Below the pieces are notes generated by a model. The model worked only from the letters and a program-made list of their open reading frames with translations, ran no database searches and had not been told where the DNA came from. A program made the translations under genes and the position numbers. This document shows, piece by piece, positions 14,501 through 29,300 of a DNA stretch of 64,000 nucleotides. The stretch is from Eledone cirrhosa (lineage: Eukaryota): positions 208,382,001 to 208,446,000 of the forward strand of contig OZ024743.1 in assembly GCA_964016885.1 (NCBI GenBank). Direction: 5' to 3'. Positions within the stretch are counted from its first letter, which is position 1, and every line of letters starts with the position of its first letter.

Positions 14501-17500
14501 ACCATCATATAGCCACACATGAAAGCTCTTCACTCCATAAGATATACCACAGTTTACCATCCTATAGCCACACATGAAAGCTATTCACTCCATAAGATAT
14601 ACCACAGTTTACCATCCTATAGCCACACATGAAAGCTCTTCACTCCATAAGATATACCACAGTTTACCATCCTATAGGAAAACCTGAAAGCTCTTCACTC
14701 CATAAGATATACCACAGTTTACCATCCTATGGCCACAGATGAAAGCTCTTCACTCCATAAGATATACCAAAGTTTACCACCCTATGGCCACAGATGAAAG
14801 CTCTTCACTCCATAACATATACCACAGTTTACCATCATATAGCCACACATGAAAGCTCTTCACTCCATAAGATATACCACAGTTTACCATCCTATAGCCA
14901 CAGATGAAAGCTCTTCACTCCATAAGATATACCACAGTTTACCATCCTATAGGCACACATGAAAGCTCTTCACTCCATAACATATACCACAGTTTACCAT
15001 CCTATAGCCACACATGAAAGCTCTTCACTCTATAAGATATACCACAGTTTACCATCCTATAGCCACACATGAAAGCTCTTCACTCCATAAGATATACCAC
15101 AGTTTACCATCCTATAGCAAAACATGAAAGCTCTTCACTCCATAAGATATACCACAGTTTACCATCCTATGGCCACAGATGAAAGCTCTTCACTCCATAA
15201 GATATACCACAGTTTACCACCCTATGGCCACAGATGAAAGCCCTTCACTCCATAAGATATACCACAGTTTACCATCCTATAGCCACGCCACGGATGAAAG
15301 CTCTTCACTCCATAAGATATACCACAGTTTACCATCCTATAGCCACACATGAAAGCTCTTTACTCCATAAGATATACCACAGTTTACCATCCTATAGCCA
15401 CACATGAAAGCTCTTCACTCCATAAGATATACCACAGTTTACCATCCTATAGCCACACATGAAAGCTCTTCACTCCATAAGATATACCACAGTTTACCAT
15501 CCTATAGCCACACATGAAAGCTCTTCACTCCATAAGATATACCAAAGTTTACCATCCTATAATAGCCACACATGAAAGCTCTTCACTCCATAAGATATAC
15601 CACAGTTTACCATCCTATAGCCATGCCACGGATGAAAGCTCTTCACTCCATAAGATATACCACAGTTTTCCAGCCTATAGCCACACATGAAAGCTCTTCA
15701 CTCCATAACATATACCACAGTTTACCATCCTATAGCCACACATGAAAGCTCTTCGCTCCATAAGATATACCACAGTTTACCATCCTATAGCCACACATGA
15801 AAGCTCTTCACTCCATAAGATATACCACATTTTACCATCCTATAGCCACACATGAAAGCTCTTCACTCCATAAGATATACAACAGTTTACCATCCTATAG
15901 CCACAGATGAAAGCTCTTCACTCCATAAATATACCACAGTTGACCATCCTATAGCTAGATGAAAGCTCTTCACTCCATAAGATATACCACAGTTTACCAT
16001 CCTATAGCCACAGATGAAAGCTCTTCACTCCATAAGATATACCACAGTTTACCATCCTATAGCCACACATGAAAGCTCTTCACTCCATAAGATATACCAC
16101 AGTTTACCATCCTATAGCCACACATGAAAGCTCTTTACTACATAAGATATACCACAGTTTACCATCCTATAGCCACACATGAAAGCTCTTCACTCCATAA
16201 GATATACCACAGTTTACCATCCTATAGCCACACATGAAAGCTCTTCACTCCATAAGATATACCACAGTTTACCATCCTATAGCCACACATGAAAGCTCTT
16301 CACTCCATAAGATATACCACAGTTTACCATCCTATAGCCACACATGAAAGCTCTTCACTCCATAAGATATACCACAGTTTACCATCCTATAGCCACACAT
16401 GAAAGCTCTTCACTCCATAAGATATACCACAGTTTACCATCCTATAGCCACGCCACGGATGAAAGCTCTTCACTCCATAAGATATACCACAGTTTACCAT
16501 CCTATAGCCACACATGAAAGCTCTTCACTCCATAAGATATACCACAGTTTACCATCCTATTGCCACAGATGAAAGCTCTTCACTCCATAAGATATACCAC
16601 AGTTTACAATCCTATAGCCACACATGAAAGCTCTTCACTCCATAACATATACCACAGTTTACCATCCTATAGCCACACATGAAAGCTCTTCGCTCCATAA
16701 GATATACCACAGTTTACCATCCTATAGCCACACATGAAAGCTCTTCACTCCATAAGATATACCACAGTTTACCATCCTATAGCCACACATGAAAGCTCTT
16801 CACTCCATAAGATATACCACAGTTTACCATCCTATAGCCACAGATGAAAGCTCTTCACTCCATAAGATATACCACAGTTTACCATCCTATAGCCACACAT
16901 GAAAGCTCTTCACTCCATAAGATATACCACAGTTTACCATCCTATAGCCACACATGAAAGCTCTTCACTCCATACGATATAACACAGTTTACCATCTTAT
17001 AGCCACAGATGAAAGCTCTTCACTCCATAAGATATACCACAGTTTACCATCCTATAGCCACACATGAAAGCTCTTCACTCCATAAGATATACCACAGTTT
17101 ACCATCCTATAGCCACACATGAAAGCTCTTCACTCCGTAAGATATACCACAGTTTACCATCCTATAGCCACAGATGAAAGCTCTTCACTCCATAAGATAT
17201 ACCACAGTTTACCATCCTATAGCTAGATGAAAGCTCTTCACTCCATATGATATACCACAGTTTACCATCCTATAGCCACAGATGAAAGCTCTTCACTCCA
17301 TAAGATATACCACAGTTTACCATCCTATAGCCACACATGAAAGCTCTTCACTCCATAAGATATACCACAGTTTACCATCCTATAGCCACACATGAAAGCT
17401 CTTCACTCCATAAGATATACCACAGTTTACGATCCTATAGCCACACATGAAAGCTCTTCACTCCATAAGATATACCACAGTTTACCATCCTATAGCCACA

Positions 17501-19850
17501 GATGAAAGCTCGTCACTCCATAAGATATACCACAGTTTACCATCCTATAGCCACACATGAAAGCTCTTCACTCCATAAGATATACCACAGTTTACCATCA
17601 TATAGCCACACATGAAAGCTCTTCACTCCATAAGATATACCACAGTTTACCATCCTATAGCCACACATGAAAGCTATTCACTCCATAAGATATACCACAG
17701 TTTACCATCCTATAGCCACACATGAAAGCTCTTCACTCCATAAGATATAGCACAGTTTACCATCCTATAGCCACGCCACGGATGAAAGCTCTTCACTCCA
17801 TGAGATATACCACAGTTTACCATCCTATAGCCACACATGAAAGCTCTTCACTCCATAAGATATACCACAGTTTACCATCATATAGCCACACATGAAAGCT
17901 CTTCACTCCATAAGATATACCACAGTTTACCATCCTATAGCCACAGATGAAAGCTCTTCACTCCATAAGATATACCACAGTTTACCATCCTATAGGCACT
18001 CATGAAAGCTCTTCACTCCATAAGATATACTACAGTTTACCATCCTATAGCCACACATGAAAGCTCTTCACTCTATAAGATATATCACAGTTTACCATCC
18101 TATAGCCACACATGAAAGCTCTTCACTCCATAAGATATACCACAGTTTACTATCCTATAGCAAAACATGAAAGCTCTTCACTCCATAAGATATACCACAG
18201 TTTACCATCCTATGGCCACAGATGAAAGCTCTTCACTCCATAAGATATACCACAGTTTACCACCCTATGGCCACAGATGAAAGCTCTTAACTCCATAAGA
18301 TATACCACAGTTTACCATCCTATAGCCACGCATGAAAGCTCTTCACTCCATAAGATATACCACAGTTTACCATCCTATAGCCACACATGCAAGCTCTTCA
18401 CTCCATAAGATATACCACAGTTTACCATCCTATAGCCACGCCACGGATGAAAGCTCTTCACTCCATAATATATTCCACAGTTTACCATCCTATAGACACA
18501 CACGAAAGCTCTTCACTCCATAAGATATACCACAGTTTACCATCCTATTGCCACAGATGAATGCTCTTCACTCCATAAGATATACCACAGTTTACCATCC
18601 TATAGCCACACATTAAAGCTCTTCACTCCATAAGATATACCACAGTTTACCATCCTATAGCCACATATGAAAGCTCTTCACTCCATAAGATATACCACAG
18701 TTTACCATCCTATAGCCACAGATGAAAGCTCGTCACTCCATAAGATATACCACAGTTTACCATCCTATAGCCACACATGAAAGCTCTTCACTCCATAAGA
18801 TATACCACAGTTTACCATCATATAGCCACACATGAAAGCTCTTCACTCCATAAGATATACCACAGTTTACCATCCTATAGCCACACATGAAAGCTATTCA
18901 CTCCATAAGATATACCACAGTTTACCATCCTATAGCCACACATGAAAGCTCTTCACTCCATAAGATATACCACAGTTTACCATCCTATAGGAAAACCTGA
19001 AAGCTCTTCACTCCATAAGATATACCACAGTTTACCATCCTATGGCCACAGATGAAAGCTCTTCACTCCATAAGATATACCAAAGTTTACCACCCTATGG
19101 CCACAGATGAAAGCTCTTCACTCCATAACATATACCACAGTTTACCATCATATAGCCACACATGAAAGCTCTTCACTCCATAAGATATACCACAGTTTAC
19201 CATCCTATAGCCACAGATGAAAGCTCTTCACTCCATAAGATATACCACAGTTTACCATCCTATAGGCACACATGAAAGCTCTTCACTCCATAACATATAC
19301 CACAGTTTACCATCCTATAGCCACACATGAAAGCTCTTCACTCTATAAGATATACCACAGTTTACCATCCTATAGCCACACATGAAAGCTCTTCACTCCA
19401 TAAGATATACCACAGTTTACCATCCTACAGCAAAACATGAAAGCTCTTCACTCCATAAGATATACCACAGTTTACCATCCTATGGCCACAGATGAAAGCT
19501 CTTCACTCCATAAGATATACCACAGTTTACCACCCTATGGCCACAGATGAAAGCCCTTCACTCCATAAGATATACCACAGTTTACCATCCTATAGCCACA
19601 CCACGGATGAAAGCTCTTCACTCCATAAGATATACCACAGTTTACCATCCTATAGCCACACATGAAAGCTCTTTACTCCATAAGATATACCACAGTTTAC
19701 CATCCTATAGCCACACATGAAAGCTCTTCACTCCATAAGATATACCACAGTTTACCATCCTATAGCCACACATGAAAGCTCTTCACTCCATAAGATATAC
19801 CACAGTTTACCATCCTATAGCCACACATGAAAGCTCTTCACTCCATAAGA
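11600..19850. repeat. Tandem duplication of a 78-monomer block (4313 bp)
   Basis: gctag 11641/15954, tttacta 11821/16134, ORFs 14019/18332 (the only two encoding HNIFH) and cccttc 15241/19554 are all offset by 4313. Confidence 0.92.
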
Positions 19851-20269
19851 TATACCACAGTTTACCATCCTATAGCCACACATGAAAGCTCTTCACTCCA
19901 TAAGATATACCAAAGTTTACCATCCTATAGCCACACATGAAAGCTCTTCACTCCATAAGATATACCACAGTTTACCATCCTATAGCCATGCCACGGATGA
20001 AAGCTCTTCACTCCATAAGATATACCACAGTTTACCAGCCTATAGCCACACATGAAAGCTCTTCACTCCATAAGATATACCACAGTTTACCATCCTATTG
20101 CCACAGATGAAAGCTCTTCACTCCATAAGATATACCACAGTTTACAATCCTATAGCCACACATGAAAGCTCTTCACTCCATAACATATACCACAGTTTAC
20201 CATCCTATAGCCACACATGAAAGCTCTTCGCTCCATAAGATATACCACAGTTTACCATCCTATAGCCAC

Positions 20270-23200
20270 ACATGAAAGCTCTTCACTCCATAAGATATAC
20301 CACATTTTACCATCCTATAGCCACACATGAAAGCTCTTCACTCCATAAGATATACCACAGTTTACCATCCTATAGCCACAGATGAAAGCTCTTCACTCCA
20401 TAAGATATACCACAGTTTAACATCCTATAGCCACACATGAAAGCTCTTCACTCCATAAGATATACCACAGTTTACCATCCTATAGCCACACATGAAAGCT
20501 CTTCACTCCATAAGATATACAACAGTTTACCATCCTATAGCCACAGATGAAAGCTCTTCACTCCATAAGATATACCACAGTTGACCATCCTATAGCTAGA
20601 TGAAAGCTCTTCACTCCATAAGATATACCACAGTTTACCATCCTATAGCCACAGATGAAAGCTCTTCACTCCATAAGATATACCACAGTTTACCATCCTA
20701 TAGCCACACATGAAAGCTCTTCACTCCATAAGATATACCACAGTTTACCATCCTATAGCCACACATGAAAGCTCTTCACTCCATAAGATATAACACAGTT
20801 TACCATCTTATAGCCACAGATGAAAGCTCTTCACTCCATAAGATATACCACAGTTTACCATCCTATAGCCACACATGAAAGCTCTTCACTCCATAAGATA
20901 TACCACAGTTTACCATCCTATAGACACACATGAAAGCTCTTCACTCCGTAAGATATACCACAGTTTACCATCCTATAGCCGCACATGAAAGCTCTTCACT
21001 CCATAAGATATACCACAGTTTAACATCCTATAGCTAGATGAAAGCTCTTCACTCCATAAGATATACCACAGTTTACCATCCTATAGCCACAGATGAAAGC
21101 TCTTAACTCCATAAGATATACCACAGTTTACCATCCTATAGCCACACATGAAAGCTCTTCACTCCATAAGATATACCACAGTTTACCATCCTATAGCCAC
21201 ACATGAAAGCTCTTCACTCCATAAGATATACCACAGTTTACCATCCTATAGCCACACATGAAAGCTCTTCACTCCATAAGATATACCACAGTTTACCATC
21301 CTATAGCCACAGATGAAAGCTCGTCACTCCATAAGATATACCACAGTTTACCATCCTATACCCACACATGAAAGCCCTTCACTCCATAAGATATACCATA
21401 GTTTACCATCATATAGCCACACATGAAAGCTCTTCACTCCATAAGATATACCACAGTTTACCATCCTATAGCCACACATGAAAGCTATTCACTCCATAAG
21501 ACATACCACAGTTTACCATCCTATAGCCACACATGAAAGCTCTTCACTCCATAAGATATACCACAGTTTACCATCATATGGCCACAGATGAAAGCTCTTC
21601 ACTCCATAAGATATACCAAAGTTTACCACCCTATGGCCACAGATGAAAGCTCTTCACTCCATAACATATACCACAGTTTACCATCATATAGCCACACATG
21701 AAAGCTCTTCACTCCATAAGATATACCACAGTTTACCATCCTATAGCCACAGATGAAAGCTCTTCACTCCATAAGATATACAACAGTTTACCATCCTATA
21801 GGCACACATGAAAGCTCTTCACTCCATAAGATATACCACATTTTACCATCCTATAGCCACACATGAAAGCTCTTCACTCCATAAGATATACCACAGTTTA
21901 CCATCCTATAGCCACAGATGAAAGCTCTTCACTCCATAAGATATACCACAGTTTAACATCCTATAGCCACACATGAAAGCTCTTCACTCCATAAGATATA
22001 CCACAGTTTACCATCCTATAGCCACACATGAAAGCTCTTCACTCCATAAGATATACAACAGTTTACCATCCTATAGCCACAGATGAAAGCTCTTCACTCC
22101 ATAAGATATACCACAGTTGACCATCCTATAGCTAGATGAAAGCTCTTCACTCCATAAGATATATCACAGTTTACCATCCTATAGCCACAGATGAAAGCTC
22201 TTCACTCCATAAGATATACCACAGTTTACCATCCTATAGCCACACATGAAAGCTCTTCACTCCATAAGATATACCACAGTTTACCATCCTATAGCCACAC
22301 ATGAAAGCTCTTCACTCCATAAGATATAACACAGTTTACCATCTTATAGCCACAGATGAAAGCTCTTCACTCCATAAGATATACCACAGTTTACCATCCT
22401 ATAGCCACACATGAAAGCTCTTCACTCCATAAGATATACCACAGTTTACCATCCTATAGACACACATGAAAGCTCTTCACTCCGTAAGATATACCACAGT
22501 TTACCATCCTATAGCCGCACATGAAAGCTCTTCACTCCATAAGATATACCACAGTTTAACATCCTATAGCTAGATGAAAGCTCTTCACTCCATAAGATAT
22601 ACCACAGTTTACCATCCTATAGCCACAGATGAAAGCTCTTAACTCCATAAGATATACCACAGTTTACCATCCTATAGCCACACATGAAAGCTCTTCACTC
22701 CATAAGATATACCACAGTTTACCATCCTATAGCCACACATGAAAGCTCTTCACTCCATAAGATATACCACAGTTTACCATCCTATAGCCACACATGAAAG
22801 CTCTTCACTCCATAAGATATACCACAGTTTACCATCCTATAGCCACAGATGAAAGCTCGTCACTCCATAAGATATACCACAGTTTACCATCCTATACCCA
22901 CACATGAAAGCCCTTCACTCCATAAGATATACCATAGTTTACCATCATATAGCCACACATGAAAGCTCTTCACTCCATAAGATATACCACAGTTTACCAT
23001 CCTATAGCCACACATGAAAGCTATTCACTCCATAAGATATACCACAGTTTACCATCCTATAGCCACACATGAAAGCTCTTCACTCCATAAGATATACCAC
23101 AGTTTACCATCATATGGCCACAGATGAAAGCTCTTCACTCCATAAGATATACCAAAGTTTACCACCCTATGGCCACAGATGAAAGCTCTTCACTCCATAA

Positions 23201-23340
23201 CATATACCACAGTTTACCATCATATAGCCACACATGAAAGCTCTTCACTCCATAAGATATACCACAGTTTACCATCCTATAGCCACAGATGAAAGCTCTT
23301 CACTCCATAAGATATACAACAGTTTACCATCCTATAGGCA
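20270..23340. repeat. Tandem duplication of a 28-monomer block (1536 bp = 28x55-4)
   Basis: ttttacc 20305/21841, gacacac 20923/22459, gcac of gccgcac 20981/22517 and cccacac..gcccttc 21361/22897 are all offset by 1536. Confidence 0.9.
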
Positions 23341-26300
23341 CACATGAAAGCTCTTCACTCCATAACATATACCACAGTTTACCATCCTATAGCCACACAT
23401 GAAAGCTCTTCACTCTATAAGATATACCACAGTTTACCATCCTATAGCCACACATGAAAGCTCTTCACTCCATAAGATATACCACAGTTTACCATCCTAT
23501 AGCAAAACATGAAAGCTCTTCACTCCATAAGATATACCACAGTTTACCATCCTATGGCCACAGATGAAAGCTCTTCACTCCATAAGATATACCACAGTTT
23601 ACCACCCTATGGCCACAGATGAAAGCTTTTCACTCCATAAGATATACCACAGTTTACCATCCTATAGCCACGCCACGGATGAAAGCTCTTCACTCCATAA
23701 GATATACCACAGTTTACCATCCTATAGCCACACATGAAAGCTCTTCACTCCATAAGATATACCACAGTTTACCATCCTATAGCCACACATGAAAGCTCTT
23801 CACTCCATAAGATATACCACAGTTTACCATCCTATAGCCACACATGAAAGCTCTTCACTCCATAAGATATACCACAGTTTACCATCATATAGCCACACAT
23901 GAAAGCTCTTCACTCCATAAGATATACCACAGTTTACCATCCTATAGCCACAGATGAAAGCTCTTCACTCCATAAGATATACCACAGTTTACCATCCTAT
24001 AGGCACTCATGAAAGCTCTTCACTCCATAAGATATACCACAGTTTACCATCCTATAGCCACACATGAAAGCTCTTCACTCTATAAGATATATCACAGTTT
24101 ACCATCCTATAGCCACACATGAAAGCACATCACTCCATAAGATATACCACAGTTTACTATCCTATAGCAAAACATGAAAGCTCTTCACTCCATAAGATAT
24201 ACCACAGTTTACCATCCTATGGCCACAGATGAAAGCTCTTCACTCCATAAGATATACCACAGTTTACCACCCTATGGCCACAGATGAAAGCTCTTAACTC
24301 CATAAGTTATACCACAGTTTACAATCCTATAGCCACGCATGAAAGCTCTTCACTCCATAAGATATACCACAGTTTACCATCCTATAGCCACACATGCAAG
24401 CTCTTCACTCCATAAGATATACCACAGTTTACCATCCTATAGCCACGCCACGGATGAAAGCTCTTCACTCCATAATATATACCACAGTTTACCATCCTAT
24501 AGACACACACGAAAGCTCTTCACTCCATAAGATATACCACAGTTTACCAACCTATTGCCACAGATGAAAGCTCTTCACTCCATAAGATATACCACAGTTT
24601 ACCATCCTATAGCCACACATTAAAGCTCTTCACTCCATAAGATATACCACAGTTTACCATCCTATAGCCACATATGAAAGCTCTTCACTCCATAAGATAT
24701 ACCACAGTTTACCATCCTATAGCCACAGATGAAAGCTCGTCACTCCATAAGATATACCACAGTTTACCATCCTATGGCCACAGATGAAAGCTCTTCACTC
24801 CATAAGATATACCAAAGTTTACCACCCTATGGCCACAGATGAAAGCTCTTCACTCCATAACATATACCACAGTTTACCATCATATAGCCACACATGAAAG
24901 CTCTTCACTCCATAAGATATACCACAGTTTACCATCCTATAGCCACAGATGAAAGCTCTTCACTCCATAAGATATACAACAGTTTACCATCCTATAGGCA
25001 CACATGAAAGCTCTTCACTCCATAACATATAGCACAGTTTACCATCCTATAGCCACACATGAAAGCTCTTCACTCTATAAGATATACCACAGTTTACCAT
25101 CCTATAGCCACACATGAAAGCTCTTCACTCCATAAGATATACCACAGTTTACCATCCTATAGCAAAACATGAAAGCTCTTCACTCCATAAGATATACCAC
25201 AGTTTACCATCCTATGGCCACAGATGAAAGCTCTTCACTCCATAAGATATACCACAGTTTACCACCCTATGGCCACAGATGAAAGCTCTTCACTCCATAA
25301 GATATACCACAGTTTACCATCCTATAGCCACGCCACGGATGAAAGCTCTTCACTCCATAAGATATACCACAGTTTACCATCCTATAGCCACACATGAAAG
25401 CTCTTCACTCCATAAGATATACCACAGTTTACCATCCTATAGCCACACATGAAAGCTCTTCACTCCATAAGATATACCACAGTTTACCATCCTATAGCCA
25501 CACATGAAAGCTCTTCACTCCATAAGATATACCACAGTTTACCATCATATAGCCACACATGAAAGCTCTTCACTCCATAAGATATACTACAGTTTACCAT
25601 CCTATAGCCACAGATGAAAGCTCTTCACTCCATAAGATATACCACAGTTTACCATCCTATAGGCACTCATGAAAGCTCTTCACTCCATAAGATATACCAC
25701 AGTTTACCATCCTATAGCCACACATGAAAGCTCTTCACTCTATAAGATATATCACAGTTTACCATCCTATAGCCACACATGAAAGCTCTTCACTCCATAA
25801 GATATACCACAGTTTACTATACTATAGCAAAACATGAAAGCTCTTCACTCCATAAGATATACCACAGTTTACCATCCTATGGCCACAGATGAAAGCTCTT
25901 CACTCCATAAGATATACCACAGTTTACCACCCTATGGCCACAGATGAAAGCTCTTAACTCCATAAGTTATACCACAGTTTACAATCCTATAGCCACGCAT
26001 GAAAGCTCTTCACTCCATAAGATATACCACAGTTTACCATCCTATAGCCACACATGCAAGCTCTTCACTCCATAAGATATACCACAGTTTACCATCCTAT
26101 AGCCACGCCACGGATGAAAGCTCTTCACTCCATAATATATACCACAGTTTACCATCCTATAGACACACACGAAAGCTCTTCACTCCATAAGATATACCAC
26201 AGATTACCAACCTATTGCCACAGATGAAAGCTCTTCACTCCATAAGATATACCACAGTTTACCATCCTATAGCCACACATTAAAGCTCTTCACTCCATAA

Positions 26301-29300
26301 GATATACCACAGTTTACCATCCTATAGCCACATATAAAAGCTCTTCACTCCATAAGATATACCACAGTTTACCATCCTATAGCCACAGATGAAAGCTCGT
26401 CACTCCATAAGATATACCACAGTTTACCATCCTATAGCCACACATGAAAGCTCTTCACTCCATAAGATATACAACAGTTTACCATCATATAGCCACACAT
26501 GAAAGCTCTTCACTCCATAAGATATACCACAGTTTACCATCCTATAGCCACACATGAAAGCTATTCACTCCATAAGATATACCACAGTTTACCATCCTAT
26601 AGCCACACATGAAAGCTCTTCACTCCATAAGATATACCACAGTTTACCATCCTATAGGAAAACCTGAAAGCTCTTCACTCCATAAGATATACCACAGTTT
26701 ACCATCATATAGCCACACATGAAAGCTCTTCACTCCATAAGATATACCACAGTTTACCATCCTATAGCCACACATGAAAGCTATTCACTCCATAAGATAT
26801 ACCACAGTTTACCATCCTATAGCCACACATGAAAGCTCTTCACTCCATAAGATATACCACAGTTTACCATCCTATAGCAAAACATGAAAGCTCTTCACTC
26901 CATAAGATATACCACAGTTTACCATCCTATGGCCACAGATGAAAGCTCTTCAATCCATAAGATATACCACAGTTTACCACCCTATGGCCACAGATAAAAG
27001 CTCTTCGCTCCATAAGATATACCACAGTTTACCATCCTATAGCCACGCCACGGATGAAAGCTCTTCACTCCATAAGATATACCACAGTTTACCATCCTAT
27101 AGCCGCACATGAAAGCTCTTTACTCCATAAGATATACCACAGTTTACCATCCTATAGCCACACATGAAAGCTCTTCACTCCATAAGATATACCACAGTTT
27201 ACCATCCTATAGCCACACATGAAAGCTCTTCACTCCATAACATATACCACAGTTTACCATCCTATAGCCACACATGAAAGCTCTTCACTCCATAAGGTAT
27301 ACCACAGTTTACCATCCTATAGCCACACATGAAAGCTCTTCACTCCATAAGATATACCACAGTTTACCATCCTATAGCCACGCCACGGATGAAAGCTCTT
27401 CACTCCATAATATATACCACAGTTTACCATCCTATAGCCACACATGAAAGCTCTTCACTCCATAAGATAAACCACAGTTTACCATCCTATTGCCACAGAT
27501 GAAAGCTCTTCACTCCATAAGATATACCACAGTTTACAATCCTATAGCCACACATGAAAGCTCTTCACTCCATAACATATACCACAGTTTACCATCCTAT
27601 AGCCACACATGAAAGCTCTTCGCTCCATAAGATATACCACAGTTTACCATCCTATAGCCACACATGAAAGCTCTTCACTCCATAAGATATACCACAGTTT
27701 ACCATCCAATAGCCACACATGAAAGCTCTTCACTCCATAAGATATACCACAGTTTACCATCCTATAGCCACAGATGAAAGCTCTTAACTCCATAAGATAT
27801 ACCACAGTTTACCATCCTATAGCCACACATGAAAGCTCTTCACTCCATAAGATATACCACAGTTTACCATCCTATAGCCACACATGAAAGCTCTTCACTC
27901 CATAAGATATACCACAGTTTACCATCCTATAGCCACACATGAAAGCTCTTCACTCCATAAGATATACCACAGTTTACCATCCTATAGCCACAGATGAAAG
28001 CTCGTCACTCCATAAGATATACCACAGTTTACCATCCTATACCCACACATGAAAGCTCTTCACTCCATAAGATATACCACAGTTTACCATCATATAGCCA
28101 CACATGAAAGCTCTTCACTCCATAAGATATACCACAGTTTACCATCCTATAGCCACACATGAAATCTATTCACTCCATAAGATATACCACAGTTTACCAT
28201 CCTATAGCCACACATGAAAGCTCTTCACTCCATAAGATATACCACAGTTTACCATCCTATAGGAAAACCTGAAAGCTCTTCACTCCATAAGATATACCAC
28301 AGTTTACCATCCTATGGCCACAGATGAAAGCTCTTCACTCCATAAGATATACCAAAGTTTACCACCCTATGGCCACAGATGAAAGCTCTTCACTCCATAA
28401 CATATACCACAGTTTACCATCATATAGCCACACATGAAAGCTCTTCACTCCATAAGATATACCACAGTTTACCATCCTATAGCCACAGATGAAAGCTCTT
28501 CACTCCATAAGATATACAACAGTTTACCATCCTATAGGCACACATGAAAGCTCTTCACTCCATAACATATACCACAGTTTACCATCCTATAGCCACACAT
28601 GAAAGCTCTTCACTCTATAAGATATACCACAGTTTACCATCCTATAGCCACACATGAAAGCTCTTCACTCCATAAGATATACCACAGTTTACCATCCTAT
28701 AGCAAAACATGAAAGCTCTTCACTCCATAAGATATACCACAGTTTACCATCCTATGGCCACAGATGAAAGCTCTTCACTCCATAAGATATACCACAGTTT
28801 ACCACCCTATGGCCACAGATGAAAGCTTTTCACTCCATAAGATATACCACAGTTTACCATCCTATAGCCACGCCACGGATGAAAGCTCTTCACTCCATAA
28901 GATATACCACAGTTTACCATCCTATAGCCACACATGAAAGCTCTTCACTCCATAAGATATACCACAGTTTACCATCCTATAGCCACACATGAAAGCTCTT
29001 CACTCCATAAGATATACCACAGTTTACCATCCTATAGCCACACATGAAAGCTCTTCACTCCATAAGATATACCACAGTTTACCATCATATAGCCACACAT
29101 GAAAGCTCTTCACTCCATAAGATATACCACAGTTTACCATCCTATAGCCACAGATGAAAGCTCTTCACTCCATAAGATATACCACAGTTTACCATCCTAT
29201 AGGCACTCATGAAAGCTCTTCACTCCATAAGATATACCACAGTTTACCATCCTATAGCCACACATGAAAGCTCTTCACTCTATAAGATATATCACAGTTT

